A DNA stretch of 64,000 bases, taken from Macrostomum lignano. Its lineage: Eukaryota. This document shows, in pieces, positions 35,117 through 47,400 of this stretch. Made by a program: the position numbers and the translations under genes. Within the stretch, counting starts at the first letter, position 1. Each line of letters starts with the position of its first letter. The DNA lies in contig NIVC01000166.1 of the NCBI GenBank assembly GCA_002269645.1, positions 636,486-700,485 on the forward strand, given 5' to 3'. The notes beneath the pieces were generated by a model. It did no database searches. It saw only the letters and a program-made list of their open reading frames with translations, and was not told the DNA's origin.

Positions 35117-35849
35117 GATTTTCTGTTTGAGAATGATTGCAGTAGTTGTTTTGGATCTTCTGATCTTTTCGGTCTTTTATAGGCTGCAGTTGAAAATTGG
35201 TAAGCCAACCTCCCAGGTTAAAGACCATTTGATTCCCCTTAGGCTACAGCCAACAGCAGCGGTGTCAGCTGACCATCTTTGCCGCCGAGCCCTCGGCCCA
35301 CGGAATTATTTGTCCATGCGGTTTCGTGTGAACCGTTGGCAAACAATTCTGGTTCGGGCGGGCGGAAGTTGACGGATTGGGTCAAAGTTTCAAGAATAGT
35401 GGATGGCTTTCCAGCTGGGTGATATCAATTGTACTGGGCATGTCGCTGCGTGGCTTCTCTTAATTAAAATTCAAAACAGCAGAATGCGTGCATGGCAGCT
35501 TCAGTGCGGATTCGGTGAGAAACTATTTTTCCAAGAAAGGGCAGCTAATTTTCTGTCGGGAATAACTTTGCTACACACCAAAAATGTTTGTGGTTCTGCT
35601 TTCAGGAAGTGCAAAGCAACAAACCAAACTTGTTGATTCGGCATTTTTTTAGTTTTCAGCTAAAATTAAACAAGATATTGTCAGTCGTATTCTATATGAA
35701 AATTTAAATGTAGGTAACAAAGTGCTCGTACTAATAACAGTAAGCCTATACTTCTTGTTCCAAAATCTACGAGTCTATACGGTAGGTTTAGAACCAAGAA
35801 GCTATGTATGCGTGTACCTTTTCGTGTACCTTTGCGTGTAACTTTGACT

Positions 35850-36190
35850 TGATTCTTCTTGATTCTCTTCTTCTTGATTCTTCTTGATTCTTGATTGATA
35901 AGAAACATATTTTCTGCTCCTCCAGTCAAGAGTCATCTGAACAGGAGCTCCGGAATGTGTTCGTCAGAAGTAGCTCGGGGTATCGCGTTGTTCGCCTTTA
36001 GACTCGTCTCCACGGACCCTCAGGTTGTGTAACGGCTCGCGGCAGCGACTCTCCGACTGGATGACGTGGGTAGCCAGCCTGAGTCGCCTCTCGCGCAGCA
36101 GGTCAGGAGGCCTCTTGACATTGGACTCTGAGCCCGGACCGCAGCACCCGTCGGCGACATCAGCCAATGTTTCGGATGTCCATCGCTGAA
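35850..36190 (-). mobile_element. Degenerate 3' end of a non-LTR retrotransposon (RTE-like)
   Basis: LLRERRLRLATHVIQ resembles the RRLRWAGHV motif that follows RT in RTE-type LINEs; it is followed by an (AAGAATC)-type tandem tail at 35850-35900. Confidence 0.45.
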
Positions 36191-38333
36191 AATGGGTACT
36201 TTTACATGACACCGACACTTTGCCGACCGTATAACGTCGTCATCCGTCGGAGTAATGTAAAAAACTTAAATTTATTAGCTATGCAGCGACGTCCATCTAC
36301 GTCGGGACGTCGGCGTACATCGGAAAATTGCACGGGTCATGCATTATTAAAAGCTACTCCTGAATGTTATTTGCACCCGCTGCTGACTACATGAGCAGAG
36401 GGTACCGATATGGAGACTCACCAACTAATCTCCGAACTACTAGTATAGTTAGTCATGAATCATCTACGGTAAGTCTCGATGCTGTACAACAGGAAAAGCT
36501 ACAGGCGTAGTACTCTTTGTCATTCCTGACCTTATTCGATCACAGAGATATTTTAGTCCCCATAAAAGCATGCTAAACTGCAGTTTTACGATGTCATTCA
36601 TCAAGCCCAGCAGATTAGACTAGAGTTATCTGCAATTTAGCTCGTAAATATTCTTTCCCTCGGTGACGACTGTAACGAGAAAAATACAACTGGTCAAGGG
36701 GAGTAAATTTATTACAGGTTTGTGTAAGTAAACGATTGTTGCTTATATTCAGCTTGTTGGAGACAATCCTTGTCGTCAGGCATTATAGGTTGTATCCAAA
36801 ATTTGACCAATTGTCTAGCTGGGCAGGTATAACCTATAGCAGTTGCCTTATTTCGAGTAAACAAATGATCGACTAACTTAGGGAAAATAGTTCCGAAACC
36901 CTGATGGAACACTTTTCGTCAAGTTTCGATAGTTAAAGTGAGTCAATACAGCTAGGCCTGTAGCTATACTAATCTGCGCCTGCTGGTTGGACCGCGACAA
37001 TAAATCACCAACAGCAATTATCAGCAGCCACTGTTTTGAAGCAGTTTCGACCACCGTATGAACATGCAACAAGCCCCGGCCAGTATAGGGTTTGCTCTAG
37101 CTGTATACGGATCGCTTCCATTTGAAATCTCGCGAGCCTTTGTCCGCATCTGGATCTTCCCTTAACTACCCTAACCGGTAAAAGCTATCCCTATACAGCT
37201 AGCAACAAGTAAAAAGATGACGGTAATTTGTCCGTGACACAGTGTATGACAGTCCCGGAATGTCCGCGACCCACAAACTGCGCGCGCAACAATGTTTAAA
37301 CACAATTTACACTGTGACTGCATGGCTGAATAGGCCCGCCCGCCTGCACTGCCCTTGTTGAAAACTGGTAATAGATTTAGCAACCGTTGAATGCTTGGAC
37401 GTTCGGAAGCGCAAGTTCCTAAGGTGTAATTATATGAATATTTAAAGAAAAATATAGGTGGAAACCTGCAAGTACGGTCATACATTAAAACAAAACCATG
37501 CGGATTCGAGTTCAATTACAAGCTACCTACCTGTACTGTTCGCTGCATTTATGGAACTCTATAGAGCATAGAGCATCTATTAGAGCTTATAGAGCATCTA
37601 TGCATTTATAGAACGATCTGTTAAAATGAACAGTAGTATACATTCATACAATACACACTGACCTTGCCAGCAATTATGGCCTTTATCTGGGATTGATATT
37701 GAATTCAAACGTTGTATGCAAATTCAAGCTGGGAGGGCTTTGAACTTAGCAAGAGAGGGGATTGAGAGCGACCAGCACCAGCGCTAAATGCTACGGCAAA
37801 TGACAAAGGGCCAGACAAAGGGCCAAGGGCCAGACAAAGGGCCAAGGGCCAGACAAAGAACTTAGCGCATGACTGCGGGCCATAGGATAGGAGAAAATAA
37901 AGAGATAGAGGAGAGAGATAAAAGAAGAGACACCCCTAGAGGACATTCTGTTTCTCAAACTTTAGCAGATCTTGTCTCTATGCCATTCTTAGCAGATCTT
38001 CTCAATCTGCCCGGTTCTTGCAGGATCTTCTAAGATGGGAGGTACATTTGTTTTGTTATTCATTTGGCTAAACTGTTCTAGCTGAACTATATTTATTTTA
38101 TATGTTATTTAATTGTCAATATTTTATATTTTATATTATCTATGGGACAATAAATTTAAGAAAATATGCGATTCGAAGCTATAAAAAGATATAAAAACGA
38201 AGATCTTGCACGTTCTTGCAAGTACTTTGCGCAGCAACCCAAGAAAATAGATAGGATCTGTTAAGAATCAACAAGTCAATGTCTTCTAGGGACACGATCT
38301 AGGGCGAGAGGCGCGAGGCGAAAATAGAGGAGA

Positions 38334-40328
38334 TGATGGGTTTCGACCTTTCAGGCCCCTTGTGAGGAAGCCTTCGGGCCTCAGGCCTCAGAAATAAATC
38401 AATTAGAGTCCTGGCCCCCCACTCCTGTCAGATGGTCAGCCCCATGGTAGCTTGATCGTGTGGCGAGCAGTCTAGGTCCTATAGCTAAGAGAGGGACAGC
38501 GAGAGACAAGCAGGGAGAATTTTGAAGGTAGAGATTAGCTAATCCGCAGATCAACTAACTCGCTGCCACCAGCCCGTGCGTCCTGGCTTACCACACCGGG
38601 GCTCTCGAAATCGGGCTTCCGAATAGAAGGGGCTTTGCACTTACCTGCCAACTAGTGTCTTTTTGCTGTCAATCTCGAAGTCATAGCCGATGATAAGGGA
38701 CACTGCTGGGACTAGATCGCATTGGCCATGCAGGTACAGAAGGGAATTGTGCAGGGGATTCTTGCAGTGGCGAGTCTATGGGGTAGCTACATGTACTATT
38801 GCATTGCTAAATACGAAGATATGTACTTTTGGCCTTCAACGCGCCAACTAGCCTCTCGTAGCGCTGATGATAGGCTAACTCGAACACCGGAGACCGCATG
38901 ATTCATTACCCGAGCCGCTTGGCGAACCTAGAGTGCACAAAGTACATCTCTGGCGCCGATTTTGCACTATTGGCAATTTTGCTCACTGATTTGATAGATT
39001 GATCGACTGAGAACCGCCTTGCCATTGGTCCACTGTGACCGGCGCCTACTAGCTTAGCTACTCATCTGAGCCATCGGCGAACAAAGAAATAAAACCGATA
39101 AAAATAACTGTTAGATTTAACCTTCTCCTTAGATCACTTCACACATCACTCATCAGATTGAATTGGAGTTTTAGACTACTAGCAGTATTATTGAATGACT
39201 TCTGCCTCAGCGACAGCACTACTGAACAAAATGAGCAAAAGTGTGTGCCTTATTCAGCAACTGAAACAGGGGACAGATAGGGGATCACCCACTCAAGCAA
39301 GTCTAGGTAGCCTCTCACCCAACCAATCAGAAACTCAAGAGCCGGAGACCAGGTAATCCACAGTAACCGAATCGGCTTGATGCTCTGTAGCTGCAGACTC
39401 GGGATGATGCTGTCACAGTCTTCGCAGATAGCTAGCAGGTGATGCTCTTTGCTTGATGTTCGCTGCTGATGACCGGGGGATTCGTCCTTGATGATGATGG
39501 GGGGAAGTCGCAATCCGGGGATCAAGAAACGACGGTCGCGCTCTGGGAACCAGAAGTTGCGTGCTGGGCCAGAGCAAGTTGGAGTCCGAGCGGGCCAAAA
39601 ACACCGGTTTAAATAGCTGCCAACTGGACCGAAGTTTGTTATAATGGAACACGTCGATTCTGATTGGCTGAGCCGTTTTGTTAAAATGAGCGCCGAATTT
39701 TCTGATTGGCTAAGCTTGTTGCTACCCAGAATCACGTGACCGGGAGATCCTATCAGTTCCCACAGGATCGTAAAAAGATGACAGGTGCGGCCATAAATCA
39801 ATCAAAATCGCAACAAAATGATTTATGACTTTTCGCGTAGGATTGACAGAAATTAATGAAAAAATATACATTAGAAAGCTCTTATTAAATAGAAGGTGAA
39901 GATAATGAAGAGAAATCGCTAATCGCTAATCCCAAAGTACTTTTAGGGGTAAAACGCATAGCTGTCAAAGCTGTCACATGCTTGAGTGAACACGATCAAT
40001 AGGCCCTGACCTCATAAATCTTGATGGCCTGTCAAAATGATGAGAAAAAAAGCTCTCATTCGCATCCCCTCAGACCATCTGGCGCCTGCCTCAACACTGA
40101 GTGAGGCCAGGTGGCTGTCAGACCAGCTTCGAAAGCGATGATTTACGACCCAAAAAGCTGCGCCTATGTTATTATGACTACTAGTATGACCAAACATTAT
40201 ATCTAGTATAGATTCTATGACAATTTGCAGAAAAAGGATTAAAAATGCCCATTGCTCACTGTTAGTAGGCTAGTAAGTTTAGAGCCCATGTGCTAGCGCG
40301 GGATTTGGAAAAAAGTGCGTCCTCATCA
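38334..40328. mobile_element. ~2-kb solo-LTR-like element, copy 2 (inverted relative to copy 1)
   Basis: TGATGGG...CCTCATCA ends and a 4-bp TSD GAGA (38330-38333, 40329-40332). Inserted into a GA-rich tract. Confidence 0.87.
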
Positions 40329-40574
40329 GAGAGGAGAGAGGAGGGGAGAGGAGGGAGAGAGGAGAGGAGAGGAGAGGAAAGGAAAGATGAGATGAGAGAG
40401 GAGAGAAGAGAGGAGAGGAGAGATAGGAGAGAAGAGGAGATGAAGGGAGCTGAGAAAAGACACGAACCCTGAGCGGGCCGAATTTCTATTGTGAAGTTTC
40501 AAAGGATCTGAGCGCAGGATAGAGAGGCTTTGCGGGCCGCATGTGGCCCGCGGGCCAGAGTTTGCCGACCCCTG
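40329..40574. mobile_element. Right part of a hAT-Charlie-like MITE with a GA-rich interior, interrupted by the solo LTR
   Basis: Ends GCGGGCCGCATGTGGCCCGCGGGCCAGAGTTTGCCGACCCCTG; its reverse complement CAGGGGTCGGCAAAC is the MER58/Charlie-type terminus. The core is shared with 46323-47158 and 63629-63880. Confidence 0.7.
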
Positions 40575-41412
40575 GTTTGTACACTTGCATGTGTAATAAA
40601 TAGCGGTTTTTATTTTTCTCAAATTGCTCGGGATTGGGGCAATATTAATAAAGCAATTGGCATGCCCCTAATTTTTTGCGAGAGGACAACCCATCTAAAA
40701 AACTTTATTTCATTTGGCAAATAAAGGTATAAGAGCAAATGTCATCTGCCTCATGGCGTCAGTTGCTAATTATCACTGCAACGGTTGCCTATGAACTGGC
40801 ATATTTCGTACATATGGCTTAGTGCGTTTAAACAAGGTATTACGTCAAACTGAAATTGAGTCGAATTTAATTATCGATGATGCGATCTTTGCCTATTATT
40901 TTTAACTTTTTAGCTAATATTTGTCACAATTTAACTTTTAAAATAGGATAATTTTGAGTCATTTTCAAACTGAAAGTATAATTTTCTATGAATTCTAACA
41001 TATCCAATAGATTCAAATAGAACTGTTAAGAAAATCGTCGCATTATTATTCGTTGGTAGTATAGATTGCGTTAAATTGCTTAGGGCTAGTCCGCTTTGTT
41101 GGTGGTTATTTGTTTTAAGTTAGACCCTTTAGGTAAATAACATTATTTATTCATTTTTTGTGTTCGAGCCAGTGCAGGGGGTGTGCAGGGCAAGCTGTAG
41201 GGGGCCTAGCCTGTAGCAAGCCAAAAATGCTCAGAAAACAGTTGCTGTACTAGCTTAAATTACTAGGCCTATTTTACAAAGCAGTAAGAGGCAAAGGCTG
41301 GTAAAATTTAATTTGATCTGTCAGTTTTATACAATTATCAGTCTACTCAAAAAAAATATTTAAAGTGAAACCTGATTTAGTTTGCTTTTTTATGAAACAA
41401 CAAAGCCTAAAT

Positions 41413-44400
41413 ATGTCTGCAGAAATTGATACATCACGACTGCCTTTGGATGTTCGAGCTAAGCTTGCCGAATTAGAGCTTGAGTTATCTGATGGTAAGA
41501 TATATTTTGCAAATGAAAAAGTTGTTAAAATTATTAAAAAATTTGAACATTCTTCATTGATATTGTGAATATGATAAACTTTTGAATTTTTTTCAAAAAG
41601 TGTTATAAGATAGATAGATAGATAGATAGATAGATATAGATAGATAAAGCTAGTGTTCCACTGTAAGGAGGGTCCATATACTGTAGCCGTAGCCATAAGC
41701 AAAACTATGGCTAATTCCAATTCTCCATATTCCATAGCCATAGGGACCCCAAAATTACCATATTCCCATAGTTCCCATAGCCGTAGCCATAGTGTTAACA
41801 AAAAGTCTAGAAAACAAAATATTTTGAATCAAAAAGATAACCTAGTGGCAGTGCTTAAACAACTGCAAATTAAGTTAGAAAATAAAAGAAACACTCAATT
41901 GCCCTTGTAAGATTATATTTTGTCTTTTTTCAGAGCAACAATACTTAATCGTTACTGAAAGTACTAGCACTAAACTTTTTCACATTAATTAAAATTAGAG
42001 TTTGCTAGTGTTTTATTGTACTTTTTTAGATATATTTTATAAGTTTCTAGGTTGATAAATAGTTAACTAAAAGTATTTTTGTTTTATTTTACCTGTTTCT
42101 AATATTTTTTTCAATTTTTTAATATTAATAACTATGGCTATAGGAATCTACCGAGTGTGACAGTAACTACTATATTTCCATAGTCGTAGCCATAAGAGCA
42201 GCTAGCTACCATAGGTATATCCGTAGCTGCCATAGGCACCTATTTTATGGCATTTGCCATAGGATCCCATAGCCATAACTATGGCTATGGCGGAACACTA
42301 GATAAAGCCACTTTGATTTCATACTAGCACTATCTTTTTGAATCCAACTATAAGCCATCATGCCTAAGTCTTGAATCTGGTTGATTTTGGCAACAAACTA
42401 TTTAGGTAACAACCATTTTAGTGACAAGTCATTCCATAGTCTGGATCATGCTGGGTACATGCCCGAACAAAAATTGAATAAATACAAATGCACACCAAAA
42501 AAATTAGTGCATCCCATTTTCAAAAATATACAGGTTTTGTGATAATAAATAGCCTTTTTTTACATTGTGACAATAAATTACCTTTTTTAAATTGCATAAT
42601 AGACCCTTATTAGCAGATAATTTGGTTGATTTTTATGCTTTTTGGCAATATTATTTATAGAGAAAAATTGATATATATATAAAGATTTGGTTAAATGTTT
42701 TTTTTCAAGCTTGAAATTTACATTTAAAAATGAACTTTTTTTCATTTTTTTCTACTTTACAATAACTCTTACATGTGATTCTATAAAGTGCATGCTAGAT
42801 ATGCACATATATTATTTTATAAAGAGTGATGCATGCCAACTGTGCATGCCTAATTTTGGCATGCAAGGCCAATGCCAGGGTCTGGATCATTTAGTAGTAT
42901 ACACCAAAACAAGAATCCTATCTTAGCTAAATGTATACCAGTATATGCCAAAAACAAAAAAATTCTCTAAAATGTACACCAAATATTCCTCCTAAAAATG
43001 TCACTTGGTTTTCATGAGTAGAGTTTTGTAAGAAAGGCTTTTGTACGAAAAGTCTTTAAATATTACAAATATTTTCATTTTAAACAAACTTAAATTAAAC
43101 TTTTCAAAAAATGCTAAATTAATGTTCTTAGCAATCATTTATACTAATTTTTTTATTGTTAATTTTAAAAAAGTAAAAAGTTTAATTCAACTTGTAGTAT
43201 ACTTTAATAACTTTCTCGAAATTTCATCAGATTTCTAAAAGTTAAAAGATTATTATTTTTCCAAAAACTTCTTCGAGTTAGCAGCTTATCTATAACATAT
43301 ACATATAAGTAGTAAATAATTAATTATTATTCAACTGTTAATATTCTATACTTGTATTTACATAACATATAATTAAGTGTTAATTGCTTTGTTAAGATGC
43401 ACTAAAATGACTTGTCACCAAAATTGACTGTTGTTAGTCTTATATTTTTTATATATATGTCAGAAAAGTCTGCTATAGACCTACAATGGACATGAAAAAA
43501 TAGTTGGTGTAAATATCTAGTATACAGAATAATCTATAGGAGAATTATGCCATATAGCCTATGGCATAGCTGTAAGAATACAAAAGACTAAAATATTATA
43601 ATGCAAAAAGTTCCTTTATGGTTGCAATACCTTTTTGATAATGTTCAACATATATATCATAAGTAAATTTGTTTTTCTAGTATAAACTTGAATTTAATGC
43701 CTTATGGTATAAACTCTTAAAGGGTCACTTTTTTCTGGTATAGAATTTAATAGATTTGAGAGTGTGGCTATAGTATATGCTAGCCGAGGTTGGAAATTTT
43801 CATTATTTTTTGGATATCCTTCACATGTCATAGGCCTAATTATATATTATTAGATTTTTATAGTTGAATCATAGAATAAATGACTAAAGCTTGGCTAATG
43901 TAGAATTTTATATACAAAAATTGCAATGCATTTCTGTATTTGGGAAAAATTGTAAAGAACTGTGCTAGGTAAAAAAATTGCCTATCACACCTGTTTTGAT
44001 AGCAAAAAATGTTAATTTTTGCAATTGCTTGCTAAAAACTAGTGTGATTACATACTAAAAACATAATGCAAAGCACTGTTGCACCATTAAATATATTGAC
44101 AACTTTATTGAATGTGGGAATAAAAAGATTGCAAATTATATTCATGTTATTGTTTGTAATTAACAATTTTTTTAATTTAAAAATTATTCCAATTGAAAAA
44201 GTAAAAAAGCAAAGATAAAGCAAAGATAAATCAAGTCACAAATGTAAAAATTGTCTAAAAAAACAAAAATTGCCATATTTAACCTTGTTTAAGATTGTTA
44301 AATTGTGTTTGATTTCATATAAAATTATATATCAAAAAGTAGCAATTTTCCATTTGATTTACTAGATGCAAGAATTCTATATTGGAAGCTTAGTTGGCTT

Positions 44401-47400
44401 GATTATTTTATTAAATTGTATTAGTTACATTTTAATTTTATCTTGGCCTCGATGCTATATGCTGCTATTTATTTACTAGAACCAAAATTAATAATTTTGT
44501 TAAGAATTGTATCATAGAATAAATTGTTTTTAGTCATAATTTCAAATAAGTCAATATTATATAAATTATTTTTTATTTGAAAATAAAATGCAATCTATAT
44601 CTAAAAAATCTGTCAATTTGGTATTAAGGTCCAAGTAGATACCAAAATGATAGCATTGGCTAATAGTAATATCACATAAACTTGTATTATTAGCAAATAG
44701 AATTAGCAGTAAAAATTAGGTTATTATGATATAAAAAATTTTAGGTCACATTATTTGTCACTATTAAATTAGTCTAAGGGTTCAATCAATCTAGGTTTGC
44801 ATTATGTCACTATAGAAGTACATGTAGGTCATATCAGTCTGGGTGTTAGGTTGTATCAGTCTAAATATGGGCCATATCAAAAGGTTTAGGTCATGTTGGT
44901 TTAAGTTTGGGTCAGCTGTGGGTCATGTCAGTCTAGCCATGGGTCATGTCAGTCTAGCTGTGGGTCATGTCAGTCTAGCTGTGGTTCATGTCAGTCTAGC
45001 CATGGGCCATGTCAGTCTAGCTGTGGGTCATCATGTCAGTCTAGCTGTGGGTCATGTCAGTCTAGCCATGGGCCAAGTCAGTCTAGCTGTGGGTCATGTC
45101 AGTCTAGCTGTGGGTCATGTCAGTCTAGCCATGGGTCATGTCAGTCTTGCTGTGGGTCATGTCAGTGTAGCTGTGGGTCATGTCAGTCTAGCTGTGGGTC
45201 ATGTCAGTGAAGCTGTGGGTCATGTCAGTGAAGCTGTGGGTCATGTCAGTGAACCTGTTGGTCATGTCAGTCTAGCCGTGGGCCATGCCAGACTTCAGTT
45301 TCATTGGGAATAATTAAAGCTGCAATATTCCTGCAACACCAGGCGACATCACGCAGAAAGGCTACGAGAAGAAGCGAGCCAAGCTTCTAGACCCCTACAT
45401 GGGCCGGCAGCAGCCTCCTAATACCCAGGCCCAGTCCCAGCCACAGGCCCAGTCCCAGTCCCGGCCCAAAGACGCCAGTCCAGACGACAGCAGCGGCGGT
45501 AGTCCTCGAATCCGACGTCCTCGGCATCACCGACGCGACGATCTGCGCTATCAGTCGGACATCCGCACCGAAGCAGTTCAGGCCGCGCTGGCCAAGCACC
45601 GCGAGAGTGCTGGGCCTTCGACTGGCGGCGGGGCGGGAAATCACAGCGGCAGCAGCAGCACAGCAATGCCGCTGGCAGCGGTGCGAAGGCAGCCTTCGTC
45701 GGCGATGACGCAATCGACTATGGGAGCGGCCGCGTTTGCGTCGGCCGATCGGGAGCATTGTAAGTTCAAGTTCACGGGTCCAAGCGGCACTTGTTTGAAT
45801 TAGTGATCGTTTCTTAGAAACCTTTTTTGAAGGCTTGTTTTTTACGGGAAATAAGTACTGACTTTTTATCACCTAGCCGATATGTATCGAAAGTATCTAA
45901 TATCCACGTGACCAATATGCAGAAAGTTTAGCTAGAAAGTAAAAAATCAGGTATTGCAATGTTTTGCATAAATTCAGCCTTCAATAGTTTTCTAAGAAAC
46001 CTAACTGCTGAATTCCTACTTGATATGCGTTTCGCCTTAAAATCTTTGTTTCAAAATCTTTCCAGGTAGTGCTGGCGTATACCGAAGCTAGAAATTTATT
46101 TACTTTATATACTAATAATTGTAAGATCGAGTCTGTACTAAATATTGATAAGTTGTCAATCGATCATGATTTCTGTTATTCGTAGCCATCCAATGGATGG
46201 GTTATTTCGTCAAGATGCACATCAACTCAATCAGCCACACGTTTCCATTTTTGCCGAAAAATCACTGTCTTAGGAAACAGCTTTATGTTACCGAGAATGA
46301 TTCAAAATCGAATGGCCTAAAGCAGTGGTGGGCAAACTTTTTTACTTTAAGGGCCAGTTGAGAGAGGAAAGGAGAGCTGAGAGAAGATGAAAAATTGCAG
46401 AAGAGAGGAGAAGTGAGGGATGACATGAGAGTAGAGAAAATAAGAAGAGAAATGGGAGGGGAGAGAGGAATGGGGAGAGAGGAATAGGGAGAGGGGAATA
46501 AGGAGAGGGGAATGGGGAGAGAGGAATGGGGAGAGGGAAATAAGGAGAGGGAAATAAGGAGAAGGGAATGGGGAGAGGGGAATAAGAAGAGGGGAATGGG
46601 GAGAGGGGAATAAGAAGAGGGGAATGGGGAGAGGGGAATAAGGAGAGGGGAATGAGGAGAGGGGAATAAGGAGAAGGGAATGGGGAGAGGGGAATAAGAA
46701 GAGGGGAATGGGGAGAGGGGAATAAGGAGAAGGGAATAAGGAGAGGGGAATAAGGAGAAGGGAATGGGGAGAGGGGAATAAGAAGAGGGGAATGGGGAGA
46801 GAGGAATGGGGAGAGGGGAATGGGGAGAGGGGAATGGGGAGAGGGGAATGAGGAGAGGGGAATAAGGAGAGGGGAATGGGGAGAGGGGAATGGGGAGAGG
46901 GGAATGGGGAGAGGGGAATGGGGAGAGGGGAATGGAGAGGGGAATGGGGAGAGAGGAATGGAGAGGGGAATTGGGAGAGGGGAATGGGGAGAGAGGAATG
47001 GGGAAAGAGGAATGGGGAAAGAGGAAAGGGAAGAGGGTAATGTGGAGAGAGGAAAGGAGAGAGGGAGAGAGGAGCTGAGAAGAGACAAAACTTGAGCGGG
47101 TAGATCTCTATTGTAAAGTTTGAAAGGACCTGAGGGCCGGATAGAGAGAGGTTTGCCGTCAAAAATTTAAAAGTTAAATTATACACATACGCCATAAGTA
47201 ATTAATATTAAAAAGATAAGTAATTAACATAAACCCACCTGTTACTAATATAATGATTAATAAGACTATGTACAGTAACTGCGGAATGAGAAATGACTGT
47301 CCGTGAGCTCTGGTTTTCGGCCACCAGAAGTTTCCCAAGAAAGAACTATTTGAGTACACTGTGTACTGAGTTATTGCTAGCTAAACTAATCGCGGTCATT

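Noticed and set aside
46342-47195. Long Pro/Ser/Leu ORFs (also 52665-53879, 57122-57678, 57842-58729, 59028-59774)
   Set aside because: These are stop-poor translations of intronic minisatellites; only 53880-54143 of the 500-aa ORF is a DIP2 exon.
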